Below, in pieces: positions 14,305-26,958 of a DNA stretch of 64,000 nucleotides (position 1 is the stretch's first letter; every line of letters begins with the position of its first letter). The position numbers were made by a program, and so were the translations under genes. The DNA lies in contig OX597821.1 of the NCBI GenBank assembly GCA_951406725.2, positions 66,402,001 through 66,466,000 of the forward strand, given 5' to 3'. The DNA is from Octopus vulgaris (Eukaryota). The notes under the pieces are model-generated. The model was not told where the DNA came from, made no database searches, and saw only the letters and a list, made by a program, of their open reading frames with translations.

Positions 14305-14452
14305 CCTTCTTTTAGTTTCCGGCTACCAAATCCACTTACAAGGATTTCGGCGAGTCGCGAGTATAGTACACAGCATTTGCCCAAGTTGCCATTCAGTAGG
14401 ACTGAGGCAAAAACCATGTATTTACGAAGAAAACGCATTACCATACAGCCGT
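14305..14452 (-). mobile_element. Degraded SINE family C head
   Basis: Reverse complement resembles ggctgtgtggta...cttgggcaa...gtggatttggtag.cggaaact. Confidence 0.65.
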
Positions 14453-14608
14453 ATATATATGTGTGTGTGCGTGTGTCTACACACATATACACACCGCCCT
14501 AATTTTATAAATTAGTTATAAATTTAACCTTTAAAGGTATTTTTTGAGATGCTGGCCATTGATAAAATTTTTTTCCCGAAAAAAATTTCATCCTACATTA
14601 GTTATATA

Positions 14609-14668
<60 letters not shown>

Positions 14669-15375
14669 GGTGCCAAGTTGTAACGGCTTCTGACTTCCTC
14701 TTGGATAATGTGGCGGTGCTGTCAATAGGGGAGGTTGATATGCATGGGTGACTGTTGGTCATTCATAAACAACCTCGCTCGGATTTGTGCCTCGGGCGGG
14801 TGATTTTCTAGGTGTAGTCCCATGGTCATTCAATACCAAAGATGTTATTACCCTATTTCATGGTTGGTACCCCCATATACCCTTCAATTTGTAAACGCCA
14901 TGCGAAACACTGCTCATTAAAACGTAAATACCACGAAATGTTAATAAAAATATTAAATAATTCAATCAACTATACCTAACTTCGTCAATAATTTAACCTC
15001 CTGAACTCTCTAAAACAACATAAACTTTTGACCAATCAGCTGGCTAATCTCAGTAGCTGCATCGATATCGATGTTGCTCCCCAAATACCAATTGTTTACT
15101 TTTAAAGAAGTAGTCCATGAAAGCTGGGTTGAATGTAGATTAAATTGAAAGCTTATATTGATTTAACTTTGTGTAGGTTTATATTTAGCTATAATTCCCA
15201 GATATGTTCTTTTAGAGATCATAATAGAAAGAATTAAAACCTTACCCACCAAAGATGCTAAAAAAATAATCCAGTCACTTACTTTAACCCCGAGCCAGCC
15301 CATGCTTTTTCAATGAATTTGTTGAACGGAGACTGTTTGGAAGCCTGTCGTATGCTTGTATGCGTGCGTGCGTAT

Positions 15376-15406
<31 letters not shown>

Positions 15407-15427
15407 CGTGTGTGTCTGTCTGTGTAT

Positions 15428-16150
15428 GGTTATAGGACAGTTGCGTACTGGACACTTGTGTCCCGAACAACTGTGCACTAGACAATTGCCACCCTGGATA
15501 TTTGCGTCCTTAAACAAATGCGTCCCTGGACTGTTGAGCCCCTATATTATTTTGAAATTTAATTATTTTTTTTTCAGGTGTGTCTTTTGTTTATATGGAG
15601 CAGTTGAGTATCGAAGCTAATTGTAAAGAAACACTTTTAATAATTCTAAACAATAGAATAGGTAATAAAAATATTTAAAAAAAGAATGAAAGAAATAAGA
15701 GTTTAAATTTTACAAGTTTATTTTTGTTTAAAAAACGGAAACAGATTAACATTATTAAAAAATATTTCAAGATTTCAATATTTTTGTAGTTTCATAAATA
15801 AGTTGAAAGGTGTGAATGTGACTTAGTCCCTTCAAGAAATTTATCTTGTTTTCAGGAGTATACTTATCTAATATCACTGTGGTTCTCTTAGCTGCAGTTT
15901 TATTTATTTGCCGTGCTAGAATTCTTCTTAATCCCATTCTTTCTTGAAGGCAATAACCTCCTCCCTTTTCAGTGTCTGAATCAATTTCCAAATCGAGGGG
16001 TGTTGACTTGATAAAGAATATTGCAAAGCATCGTGCAGTCCTGCTAAGCTGTTATTAGATCTAGGCAAATGATTTATAACCCTTTCTCGAACATCCCAAG
16101 ACTCGATAGAAAAAAATTAGTTCCATCATTATCCCTTTCCAGTATCTTGG
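15428..16150 (-). mobile_element. MULE (Mutator-like) DNA transposon remnant: transposase C-terminus plus terminus with 15-bp subterminal repeats
   Basis: From 16113 downward it translates as FSIESWDVRERVINHLPRSNNSLAGLHDALQYSLSSQHPSIWKLIQTLKREE (RTNN..EGWH...HP.IW motif with the catalytic E lost). Five ggaca.ttg.g-like units lie at 15436-15510. Confidence 0.8.
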
Positions 16151-16167
16151 TATAATAATAATAATAA

Positions 16168-16707
16168 ATGCCCTGATTCAGTACCAGGCAGTGGCTCTCA
16201 TGGCTTCTGATCTTAAGTGTTATCATGTACACTGTTTTGTCTTGGTAAAAAAGATGGGCTACAGCAAATATTCTGCTCAATACCACAGATCTGCTTGTCA
16301 GTTGTTTGACCATAACCAGTTGAGCATGTATCTTAGTGGCTGACGATATGTGCATCTCTGATCACGAGCAGAAGTAGTGGGGGAGCATCATAGCCGTGTG
16401 TTGAAAGGAATTCTATGGGGTTTGAATAATTCACCTTTGGAAACATGGTTGGATCGTTCAACATCCTTAAATAATACTTATTCGGGGACCTTTTGAGCGG
16501 GATGGGCTACTCGACGACAAGAAAATTCTAACTGGGCCCCACCTGCAAGGTCATGTACTGTTTATCTTGATATGAAATCACCATGTCGAGCACATATGTT
16601 TGTGATGCATGTGCGTAGTGTACCCTTATCAGACGAGTAGTGATGATGGGTATACAGGGCTTCGTATATTTTACCCCAGTAAAATGGCATGCACTGCTCT
16701 CTCACTC
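16168..16707 (+). mobile_element. Family A repeat, longest 5' end in the window, within (TAA)n
   Basis: Begins atgccctgattcagtaccaggcag after (TAA)n and ends ctctctcactc then aat. Confidence 0.9.
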
Positions 16708-17196
16708 AATAATGATTATAATAATATTAATAATAATAACGATGATGATGATGATGATGATGATGATGATAAACAGTTATTGTACATACATCCATATTAA
16801 CACACACATACATATTAACATACACGTTTATGATAACTATATTACAATGGGCCTCTTCTATTAGCTATCGATCTATCTATTTATATAGCTATTTATTTAT
16901 GTATATATTTTATATTTTATAATATATCTCATAACGTCCGAATTTTAAGTGCAGATTTCTTCCTATTGGATATTTTTATTTGAATTGATTATTTCGTATC
17001 TCGTTGACTGTTGAAATATATCGATGCTGTATAATATTTTCCGCAGATAGCATCAATATTCTCTTTCGAAAATCCATTATATTCCGTGAGACAAAATTTC
17101 TGTTGAATTTAACATAAATTTCAACTATCTACAAGCTACATTCTATCCAAATCCTTTATATTTGGCAATTCCTTTATGGAGTAAGTTCATTGCAGA

Positions 17197-17254
<58 letters not shown>

Positions 17255-17399
17255 GCACACACACATGTATATACACACAGACATAACACGCATATACGCA
17301 CATATATGCGTGTGTATTAGGAAACGTTTTTGCATTCTACATAGGGAAAGATAGCTAAAAACGCGTGTTTTTCCATTAAGCTCTATTGAAATATCAAAT

Positions 17400-17725
17400 C
17401 TTGCCAACCACATAGTTCCAGGTTCAGTCCCAGTGCGTGGCACCTTGTTCATATGTCTTCTACTATAGCCTCGGGCCGAGCAAAGACTTGTGAGTGGATT
17501 TGGTCGACGGAAGCTGAAAGAAGCCCGTCGAATATATATATTTATTCTTTTATTCTTTTACTTGTTTCAGTCATTTGACTGCGGCCATGCTGGGGCACCG
17601 CATTGAGTCGAACAAATCGACCCCAGATGTTATTCTTTCTAAGCTTAGTACTTATTCTATCGCTCTGTTTTACCGAACCGCTAGGTTACTGGGACGTAAA
17701 CAGACCAGCATCGGTTGGGGACAAA
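17400..17725. mobile_element. SINE family C head (+, 17400-17532) joined to a family C tail in opposite orientation (-, 17543-17725)
   Basis: Matches to the head and tail of 19089-19493. Confidence 0.8.
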
Positions 17726-17805
17726 CACAGACTAAAGAATACACACGCATACACAGGAACACGCACACACACACGGACACACGCACACACACACACACAC
17801 ACATA

Positions 17806-18075
17806 TAGTTGAAATTTACAGAAAACAAAAGATGAAGACAGGTGGATGAACAACAAGCCTGTGTATTAGTTTGACGCTCGGGAATGTAAGAAAATATTTT
17901 ACACTTTGAGCCTACGCACTTCAACTGAAAGGAATAAGTGAAAATAAACAGAGACAGAATGCAAAAACGTGTGGATTTAGGGATCAAGCATGGCGACTGT
18001 GGGGGTGGAGGTAGGTTTGACAGGAGAGGTAGAAAGAAGGGGAGATAATAAAATACTGGTGATCCCAAAACGAAG
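17806..18075 (-). mobile_element. Penelope-like terminal-repeat fragment with decayed hammerhead-like motif (about 17898-17930)
   Basis: Reverse complement cagttgaa-gtgc-gtag-gctc-aaagtgtaa is a degenerate core and stem II. A related fragment lies at 46432-46515. Confidence 0.4.
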
Positions 18076-18164
18076 GTATATATATACATACTAAAATCGC
18101 TTAAGGTGACGCTCCAGCATGGCCGCAGTCAAATGACAAAAACGAATTAAGAGAATATATGTGT

Positions 18165-18594
18165 CTATGTGGTAAGTAGCTTGCTTACCAACCACATGGT
18201 TCCTGGTTCAGTCCCACTGCGTGGCACATTGGGCAAGTTTCTTCTTTAGACTCGGGCCGACCACATCCTTGTGAGTGGATTTGGTAGACGGAAACTGAAA
18301 GAAGCCCGTTGTATATATATATATATATATATTTATTTATTTATTTATTTATATATATGTGTGTGCGTGTGTATGTATTTATGGATGTATGTATGTATAT
18401 GTTTGTGTATGCGTTTGTTCACCCCCACCATCGCTTGACAACCGATGCTGGTGTGTTTACGTCCCCGTAACTTAGCGGTTCGGTAAAAGTGACCAATAGT
18501 ATAAGTACTAGGCTTTCGAAAAATAAGTCCCGGGGTCAATTTGCTCCAGCATGGCTGCAGCTAAATGACATAAACAATTAAAAGAATAAAAGAA
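18165..18594 (+). mobile_element. SINE family C
   Basis: Head, internal microsatellite and tail as at 19089. Confidence 0.88.
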
Positions 18595-19088
18595 TATATA
18601 TATATATATATATATGCACATACACATTCAAACACGCACATACACATACATACAGTTTGTGTCAGCACAGCGTGATGTAAAGTTTCGTGGATGCGTTAAA
18701 GCTGTCCACATCAACATATGTTGAGAGGAAGTTGAAATGGCAACTGACCGACGCGCCTTGGGAGCTGAGTTAAAAGCTTTCTATATATGTAAAAGCCAAA
18801 CCAAATACATTGAGTATTATTGCATTGCGCTTGTTCATTCATTCGTACACATACAAACACAGAGACTCACTCGCACAAACATATATGTATATATTTACAC
18901 ACAGACGCAAACACACACACGCACACATACTTATATACATATATAAATACACATACATAGATAACACCCATACATATATATTAATGTTTAGTTTTGGAAG
19001 GTTTCTGTGGCATATATACATATATACATATATACACACATACAAAAATACTCACATACACATAGTATATTTATGTATATTTAAGTAT

Positions 19089-19493
19089 GGCGTAGGAGTG
19101 GCTGTGTAGTATGTAACTTGCTTACGAACCACATGGTTCCGGATTCAGCCCCACTGCGTGGCACCTTAGGCAAGACTCTTCTACTATAACCTCGGGCCGA
19201 CCAAAGCCATGTGAGTGGATTTGGTAGAAGGAAACTGAAAGAAGCCCTACGTATATCTGTATATATGTATGTGTGTGTATACGTTTGTGTGTTTGTGTTT
19301 GTCCCCCCAGCATCGTTTGACAACAGATGCTGATGTGTTTAGATCCCCGTAACTTAGCGGTTCGGCAAAAGAGACCGATAGAATAAGTACTAGGCTTACA
19401 AAGAATAAGTCCTGGGGTCGATTTGCTTGACTAAAGGCGGTGCTCCAGGAATGGCCACATTCAAATGACTGAAACAAGTAAAAGAGTAAAGAG
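19089..19493 (+). mobile_element. tRNA-derived SINE family C, full length
   Basis: Has an A-box-like tggctgtgtagt, a B-box-like gattcagccc, a CORE-like accttaggcaag, and a tail ending gaaacaagtaaaagagtaaagag. More than ten copies or fragments occur in the window. Confidence 0.9.
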
Positions 19494-19501
19494 TATGTAT
19501 G

Positions 19502-19537
<36 letters not shown>

Positions 19538-19584
19538 GATAGATAGCTAGACAGACAGTCAGGCAGACAGACAAACAGACAGAC

Positions 19585-19645
<61 letters not shown>

Positions 19646-20207
19646 TAAATAGATAGATAGATACCTGCATATACTAAATGCCATCCGGCCTAGACCATGT
19701 TTATTAATGCCTAGAATATATACAATGGCGTTAATTCGCTATATTTTAGATAAATAACTTTGAAAAGATACTGGTAATCTTCACTTGGCCCGTGAATAAT
19801 TATTCACTCTCAATTGTTGCATTCAAGCCATCTAGAAGACAATTCAAAATGGCCAGCATAAATCGTGCAAAAAAAAACAAACAATGCTACAAAAGAAAAA
19901 AAAAAGAAAAGAAAAAAAAGAGAAAAAAAGAAAAGAAATATTCAAATATTTTTGTTTTCCTTCCTGGCTAAATTATACAATTTCAAAAAATATTCTGCTA
20001 ATTTACATAAGTACTTTAAATGAATTATTTTTCGTGTCACTAACTTTTGCCAATATTTATTACAGTACTTATATATAGATGATATTCAATATATATATAT
20101 TATATATATAGGTATACACACATATATATATATATAAGTAACATATGTGTATATATGTACATGCATGTATGTATGTAATATATCTAATATATATATATAT
20201 CATGTAT

Positions 20208-20250
<43 letters not shown>

Positions 20251-20503
20251 TATATAGTGAGAGAGAACAATATACGTCCATATATATACGTGTGTATATA
20301 CATATATATATATATGTATATGCGTGTTTGTCTGTGTATATGCATATGTATATGTATTATACATGTATAGTTGTTTAAACTTTATACTTAGTAAGATATG
20401 ATGTGTATACACATGTGTATTTATGTATAGGGAAATATTTTGTTTATATATTGTCTCTTTATCTCCCCACTCTCTCTGTGTATACATACACTCGAACGCG
20501 CGC

Positions 20504-20542
<39 letters not shown>

Positions 20543-20552
20543 CTTATAAATA

Positions 20553-20584
<32 letters not shown>

Positions 20585-21232
20585 CACGCATATATGTGTA
20601 TGCTTTTGTGTGTGTATATGTATGCATGTATGTATGTATACATAAATAATTGCGTGTGTTTATGCGTATATACATTTTGTGCTTCGTTATATGTACTTAG
20701 TTACAATTTTCTTGATTAGGCATAAATTATAAACCACCTATCAAATAACGCAGAGAAAGAAAAGACGGCAAAGAAAATGTGGAATGGGAAAATAAAAAAA
20801 AAAGACGAGAAAATAAAAGTGAGAGGAAAATGAAAAAACGATACATGAAAATATAATTTTAAACAGACTATAGAACGTAACCCGGAGTTAAGTACGATGA
20901 TAGATGTTAGGAGTACAACGGTATACACGAGATCCACATGTCCGTTAGTTCAATGCAGAATGAAGATAAAGCAAACTAGAGGCGTGTATTTAATTGGCGT
21001 TAAATTCATTGCGAGTAGTTAAAGTCGAAATGCCCAGGTCAGGTGACAGTCACATTTTTGCGACGAAAATTTTTGCGCCTCGCATAAAGAAATGAAACGT
21101 GAATTTAACGTATTTTTGCAGCTAAACAGCCTCTACATTCGCTGCGGTAAATGGACTACTTTGAACACTGTTCTATAAAATTATATCAATAGCCTAACAC
21201 GAAAAGACTACCAAGTACGTATTTCTTATTCT

Positions 21233-21271
<39 letters not shown>

Positions 21272-21283
21272 CATATATACATT

Positions 21284-21344
<61 letters not shown>

Positions 21345-22248
21345 ACCTTCACACACACACATACGTTATATATTCTTTTATTCTTTTATTTGTTTCAGGA
21401 CTTAATCTTTTGTAAGCGTAGTACTCATTCTACTGCACCCTTTTGCCGAGCCACTAAGTTACAGGGATGTAAACACACCAACATTGGTGTCGAGTGATGG
21501 TGAGGGAACAAACACAAAGACGCAAATATACTCACACACACACACACATAGGTATGCTTTCGGTGCGAATGGTTTTGTGAAGTAGTGTCGAGTTTTACAA
21601 TTCTGTAAATAATAATAATGGTATTCACCATGTAAGATGCCCTCTTAAAGGTCATCTCTTTCATGTATAAATACGTAAATTGTTTGTACACCATTATATA
21701 TGAAAATATGTTGTCTATTGACTTTATTACTCATGCTAGCTACCTGTATGAATTTTTTTCTAAATTTTCTACCCTTATTATTTTCACCGTAAAATTTTCG
21801 AAGCCTTTCTGGTATGCAGTTTAAAATTTATTATTATTTGCTGCCGAATGCAACTGCGCTTGCTCGATGGATTTGAAAATATAATGTAAAAGTATGTTGC
21901 GTGTGTATTTTCCGTGCAATTTGCTGCATAAATATGCAATAATTTTAGTGCCCTCATTGAAGAACTACGGATGGCAACTAAATTTATTTTACACATTGAT
22001 ACAGAAACTCGAGTCTGAGAGTAACTACAAAAATATTTCTTATTTTCATTCCCTTTGAAATTGCTCTTATTCGTGGTTTGGGTTTTAACTGCCCTTTCTA
22101 GCATGTATAAATACGTGTATAAATACGTAAAATACGTAAATCGTTTCTAAATTATTATATATGAAAATATGTTATATATATATATATATATTAAAAGAAA
22201 ATTAATGTAGTCAGTAGTTTGCAAGATTTCACCAACAAGGAAAACCAC

Positions 22249-22750
22249 AATTGTCACTAAATGTGACTAGGATGTTCGAAAAACCTACATTGCTAGAAAT
22301 AAGAGCTAAAATGCCCTAATGCTGTAGTTAACGCACATAATTGTATACATATATATACTGACAGGGATAAGGAATTCTCGAACGATTACAGCCTCTATCA
22401 TATACTGATACTGATACTATTAAGTTCTAATTGGCAATAAATAAGGCCACGCCATTGATATTTCTTCCTGATAATATTTCATACAACAGGGAGTTCCCAG
22501 ATCACGATAAATAAGCAACGACAAAACTATATACTCCAGAGCCTGCATTGAGTACTCCTTTATAATTTGTCCGACAATACACGGTGTGTACACACACAGA
22601 CACACATACACTCACACAGACACACACAAACAACTCACAGAAACACACACAAAAACACATAATGTACTGTTCTATAGCAATAGAGCATTTTAGCTCTTAT
22701 TTCGAGTAGTGTAGGTGTTTATATCACCCTAGTCACATTTAGCGACGATT
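22249..22750. mobile_element. MITE-like element with roughly 80-bp inverted arms, between (TA)n tracts
   Basis: gtcactaaatgtgactagg...aaataagagctaaaatgc (22249-22327) is inverted at 22672-22750. A related arm lies at 14185-14254. Confidence 0.7.
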
Positions 22751-22854
22751 ATATATATATATGAGTGTGTATGAGAGAGAGAGAGAGAAAGAGTGTGTGT
22801 GGGAGAGAGAGAGAGAGTAGAATAAGAAATAGCAAGTCCTTGGTATATTATTAT

Positions 22855-23078
22855 ATATTTGAAAAAAATAAAAATGGAAATGACTTTTCTGATAGTCTTT
22901 CCACTTTGATAATTAGATGTTTCTAAATGATTTAGGTGTTTACAAATCATGAATGTAGAGTGTTTCTCTCTCGGGAGACTCATTGAGTCACCATTTTAAA
23001 CACCTAATAATTTACAAACATCTAATTATTAAAGTGGAAAAATTATCAGAAAAGTCATTATTATTCATTTTTTCATAT
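22855..23078. repeat. Fold-back (hairpin) element with arms of about 90 bp
   Basis: aatgacttttctgata.t.tttccacttt.ataattagatgttt.taaat.att pairs with the inverted copy at about 22995-23070. Confidence 0.75.
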
Positions 23079-23082
23079 ACCT

Positions 23083-23148
<66 letters not shown>

Positions 23149-23690
23149 GCTTACCTACCTAGCTGCCTACCTACCTACCTACCTACCTACCTACCTACTT
23201 ACCTACCTACCTACCTACCTGCCTACCTACCTACATACATACATACATACATACATACATGCATGCATACATACCTACCTACCTACCTACCTACATACAT
23301 ACATACATACATACATACATACATACATACATACATACATAATACATTTTCTATGCTTGGAAGCGATGTACTTGACTAGAAGTTTTCAACTCGCGTCTAA
23401 TAGGACCTTGTTAAGGTACCCGTTTAAACTAAGTAGTAAGGACTAGATAGCTTGTAATGGCCTGAAATCGTGTAACATAAGATAATAAAGTCAAACCAAA
23501 TATTGATATTATGAATGAATTTAATACACGTGTTTCAAATCCTTATGCAAAAGAGGACAAGGAATTCATCTTTTACGTAACATCAACTTCAGTTGATGTT
23601 ATTCAAAATATGAATGATGCAGTAGAATTCATTCTTCATATAATTATGACTAGGATATATCAACAGAACCAACTTACCAGGAAAGGAGTG

Positions 23691-24012
23691 AGGGCGCGTG
23701 GCTTAGTGGTTAGGGCATTCGGCTCATGATCGTAAGGTTGTGAGTTCGATTCCCGGCAACGCGTTGTGTCCTTGAGCAAGGCACTTTATTTCACGTTGCT
23801 CCAGTCCACTCAGCTGGCAAAAATGAGTTGTACTTGTATTTCAAAGGGTCAGCCTTGTCACTCTCTGTGTCACGCTGATTATCCCCGAGAACTATGTTAA
23901 GGGTACACGTGTCTGTGGAATGCTCAGCCATTTGCACGTTAATTTCACGAGCAAGCTGTTCCGTTGATCGTATCAGCTGGGACCCTCGTCGTCGTAACCG
24001 GCGGAGTCTTTT
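23691..24012 (+). mobile_element. tRNA-derived SINE family D
   Basis: Canonical A box tggcttagtgg and B box gagttcgattcc, then gtgtccttgagcaaggcacttt (CORE/V-type SINE body motif) and a T-rich end. Confidence 0.8.
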
Positions 24013-24264
24013 TTGAACCAGGAAAGGAAAGAGCTTAGCTAGAAGGCATGAAGTATTCAAAGCGTAGGAAAAGAAATGGACACACACACACACACACACA
24101 CGTACAATAGCGATAGTCGTGCGACAGCATTTCGACTATTCAACTATGTCTTCATTAGCTATAAGGAAATCAACTGCATCACTTGTCCACGTAGCTTGCT
24201 ATTAATTCACATGTAGAGATTAGCTAAGTTAAAAATAGCCGATATATTAGAATATGAATATAAA

Positions 24265-26100
24265 ATGCAACAGTTTTATATTCATAACGTTAAACTTCGT
24301 TGCCAACACAAAATGCAGATCAATAAATTGGGAAAATGTTTGACAGGTGGATTCAGTACTTTAGATTTCATCAATTTAAATATAAAACAGGTGATTTTCT
24401 CTCCCGCTATGGAACAATTGTTTACCTGTTATCAAGTTGTTGATTAATAACGATAGCAATCACATATGCAAATGCATGCTTTTCGTTACATTAGAACTCT
24501 ATCCAACCACGTCTCTTCTTAAAAACAATGTATTAGAATTCGGTAAAGGTTTTACACCAATTAGTAGTTCGGATATCAATATTGTTATGCTCAGTCGAAA
24601 ACCTTTGTTATTTATACAAGAATTCTCTGTGGCTTAAATATAATGGCTTGGAATTGTTTGATATAGCCACTGGATCCAATTAATTGTCATGTAATAGGAT
24701 TGTGCTTTTAGACTTATTTCATCAAACAATTCCATTTCACGTAGATCGGGCTTTATCATGCTCATGGACTACACAATTTGCAAATTATTAATGACTACAC
24801 AATGGATGCTGTTAGAAACGAGTTCGTCAATGCATACAACAAGTTAGATTTAAAGATCACCGTTGATACCCATCTAAGCCTAGTTACTTTCTCGGATACA
24901 ATTCTAGATGTAGATAATGGTAAATGTTTCTCTTATAGTTAAAGAGAAATTGCTGCATATTAATATGAGATTCAACCGTACTGTAGTAATCCGTGCTTGT
25001 TACCATTAGCAAACGCATATCAAGATTAAAATCTGATTCAGAAACCTTTGATCATGGTATTCCTCATTACGATTATTCATTAAAAGATAGTGCTTTCAAA
25101 TGTAGGTAACATTGCACATAGAACAGCATTAATATTCATAAACACAATAATAAGAATCAAAATATTCGGTATAACATTTCCCTGTAACTTACACGTAACT
25201 GTATTCCCTGTAACTTACTGTATTCCGTGTAAGTTACAGGGAATACAGTAATTCCTCACGATGTCGCGGTTCACCTATCGCGCACTCGGTACATCGCGGT
25301 TCACCTATCGCGCACTCAGTACATCGCGGATTTTCTTGGTTAACATGTAAATTTATATCGCGGACTCATCAGTATATCGCGGGTTTCTGCGGCCGATAGG
25401 CAGTTATATATTTTTAGATTTTAATTCTTTCTGAGGTAAAATAAGAATTTTAACGCCTAAAAATTAATGAAGTAATAAATAAAAATACAGTACTGCATTG
25501 TATAACACATTAATTAAAATATATTTTTAAAAAAATACGTAGTGTACCGCACATAAGTAAACAAAGAATCGCCCATACTGTATGGAAGACGAAACTCGGG
25601 AGGCGAATGTGTAATGTTGTTTTGCATTTATAATAAAATAAATAAATACAAATAATAAAAATGATGTATATATATATACATATATGTATGTATGTACAGT
25701 ACAGTACTGTTTCTACTTCGCGGATTTCCACATATTGTAGGGTGGGTGGGGCTGGAACGTAACACCCGTGATAGTCGAGGGATCACTGTACTTGAAATAA
25801 GCATTTTTGTTTGTAGAGTGGGTCATTTTAAAATATTTAATTTGAAAAAGTTTTAAGACGAACAACATAACAGTATAAAGAGAAGAAAACTTTTCCAGCA
25901 TGAATACAGAATTCTCTTCTCATCTATGCAGTTACAACACCACTAATATACATCTGAATGTTATCGGTCACAATCAACAAATGCTTCCAGAAATTGCATT
26001 TATAATATGACGTCATCGATTATCGAACACAAAAATATATCTAAAAGGTGAAATAAAGGAATTAACGCTTCATGTTTTTCTCTCATAATAGAGAAACCAA
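24265..26100 (+). mobile_element. Highly decayed Penelope-like element ORF (reverse transcriptase and GIY-YIG region), interrupted by a MITE
   Basis: Fragments: CKCMLFVTLELYPT...VLEFGKGFTPISSSDINIVMLSRKPLLF (FDI..FYPSI region); LKITVDTHLSLVTFSDTILDVDNG; ISKRISRLKSDSETF...YDYSLKDSAF; and NTEFSSHL (STELS.HIW-like). Confidence 0.7.
25246..25788. mobile_element. pogo/Tigger-like MITE, 543 bp, TA target-site duplication
   Basis: TA|CAGTAATTCCTC...GAGGGATCACTG|TA imperfect terminal inverted repeats. An internal 30-bp duplication (tcgcggttcacctatcgcgcactc.gtaca) is present. Confidence 0.8.
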
Positions 26101-26465
26101 ATATTGGATCACTATTGGATCACTCATTGGTTGATTGAGTTCAGGTATGCTTTGCAGGTACAAACAAAGCGAAAATGAGATAGAGCTTACTGAATATCAC
26201 TTTAAAAAAGTTTCTATCGACATATGTATACATTTAGGCAATAAAAAAAGATCCTTTGACTATAATATAATGAAGCTTAACTATTGATGGTAGTAAGAAT
26301 TATAAAGACATAGTTCACTTTATTAACAGAACTCGAGTTTGGCCGAATTAATGTACATAGTTGTGAAAATGTTATATAAAGGAATTAATTAATAGTTGAT
26401 CAGATGTGTGCCGGTGGTTCCTATGAAAATATAACGGGGAGACTGTGACCGATATCGTAAGGTAC

Positions 26466-26958
26466 GCTACCAACACCATCTTTCACCATCACCACTATCA
26501 CCGCAACCACCACCACTACAACCACCACCTCCACTACCACCAGGGCCACAACCACGACCACCACCACGACGACGAATACGAAGACGACGATGACGACGAC
26601 GACCACCACCACCATCCCCACTCCCACCACCTCCACAAACACGACCACGACGACCACCACAACCACCACCACCACAACCACCACCTCCACCACCATGACC
26701 ACGACCACTACCACTACCACGAGCACGACCACGACCACCACTACCACTACCACGAGACGACGACGACGACCACGTCCACCACGACCACTCCCACCACCTC
26801 CATGAGCACGAGCACGACCACCACCACAACGACCATCACAACGACCACCACTACCATGACCACGACCACTACCACGACCACGACGACCACAACGACGACC
26901 ACCACGACAATGAGACGACGACGACCACCACCATCACCACCACCACCACCACCACCGT
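26466..26958. repeat. (CAC)/(GAC) trinucleotide low-complexity tract
   Basis: Direct inspection. Confidence 0.95.

Larger units (their letters stand above)
13643..14606 (+). mobile_element. Hammerhead-bearing Penelope-like or retrozyme-like non-coding element (unit about 469 nt) with inverted 5' arm, interrupted by an insertion at 14136-14494
   Basis: 99-bp inverted arms at 13643-13741 and 13761-13859; hammerhead at 13944-14004; element resumes at 14515-14606; second copy at 45712-45998; (TA)n on both flanks. Confidence 0.75.

Noticed and set aside
16335-16380. Hammerhead in family A (ctgacga)
   Set aside because: The core heptamer is not followed by a stem II and GAAA arrangement.
23691-23765. 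tRNA gene
   Set aside because: A and B boxes are present, but there is no clean acceptor stem or terminator and the sequence continues into a SINE body.
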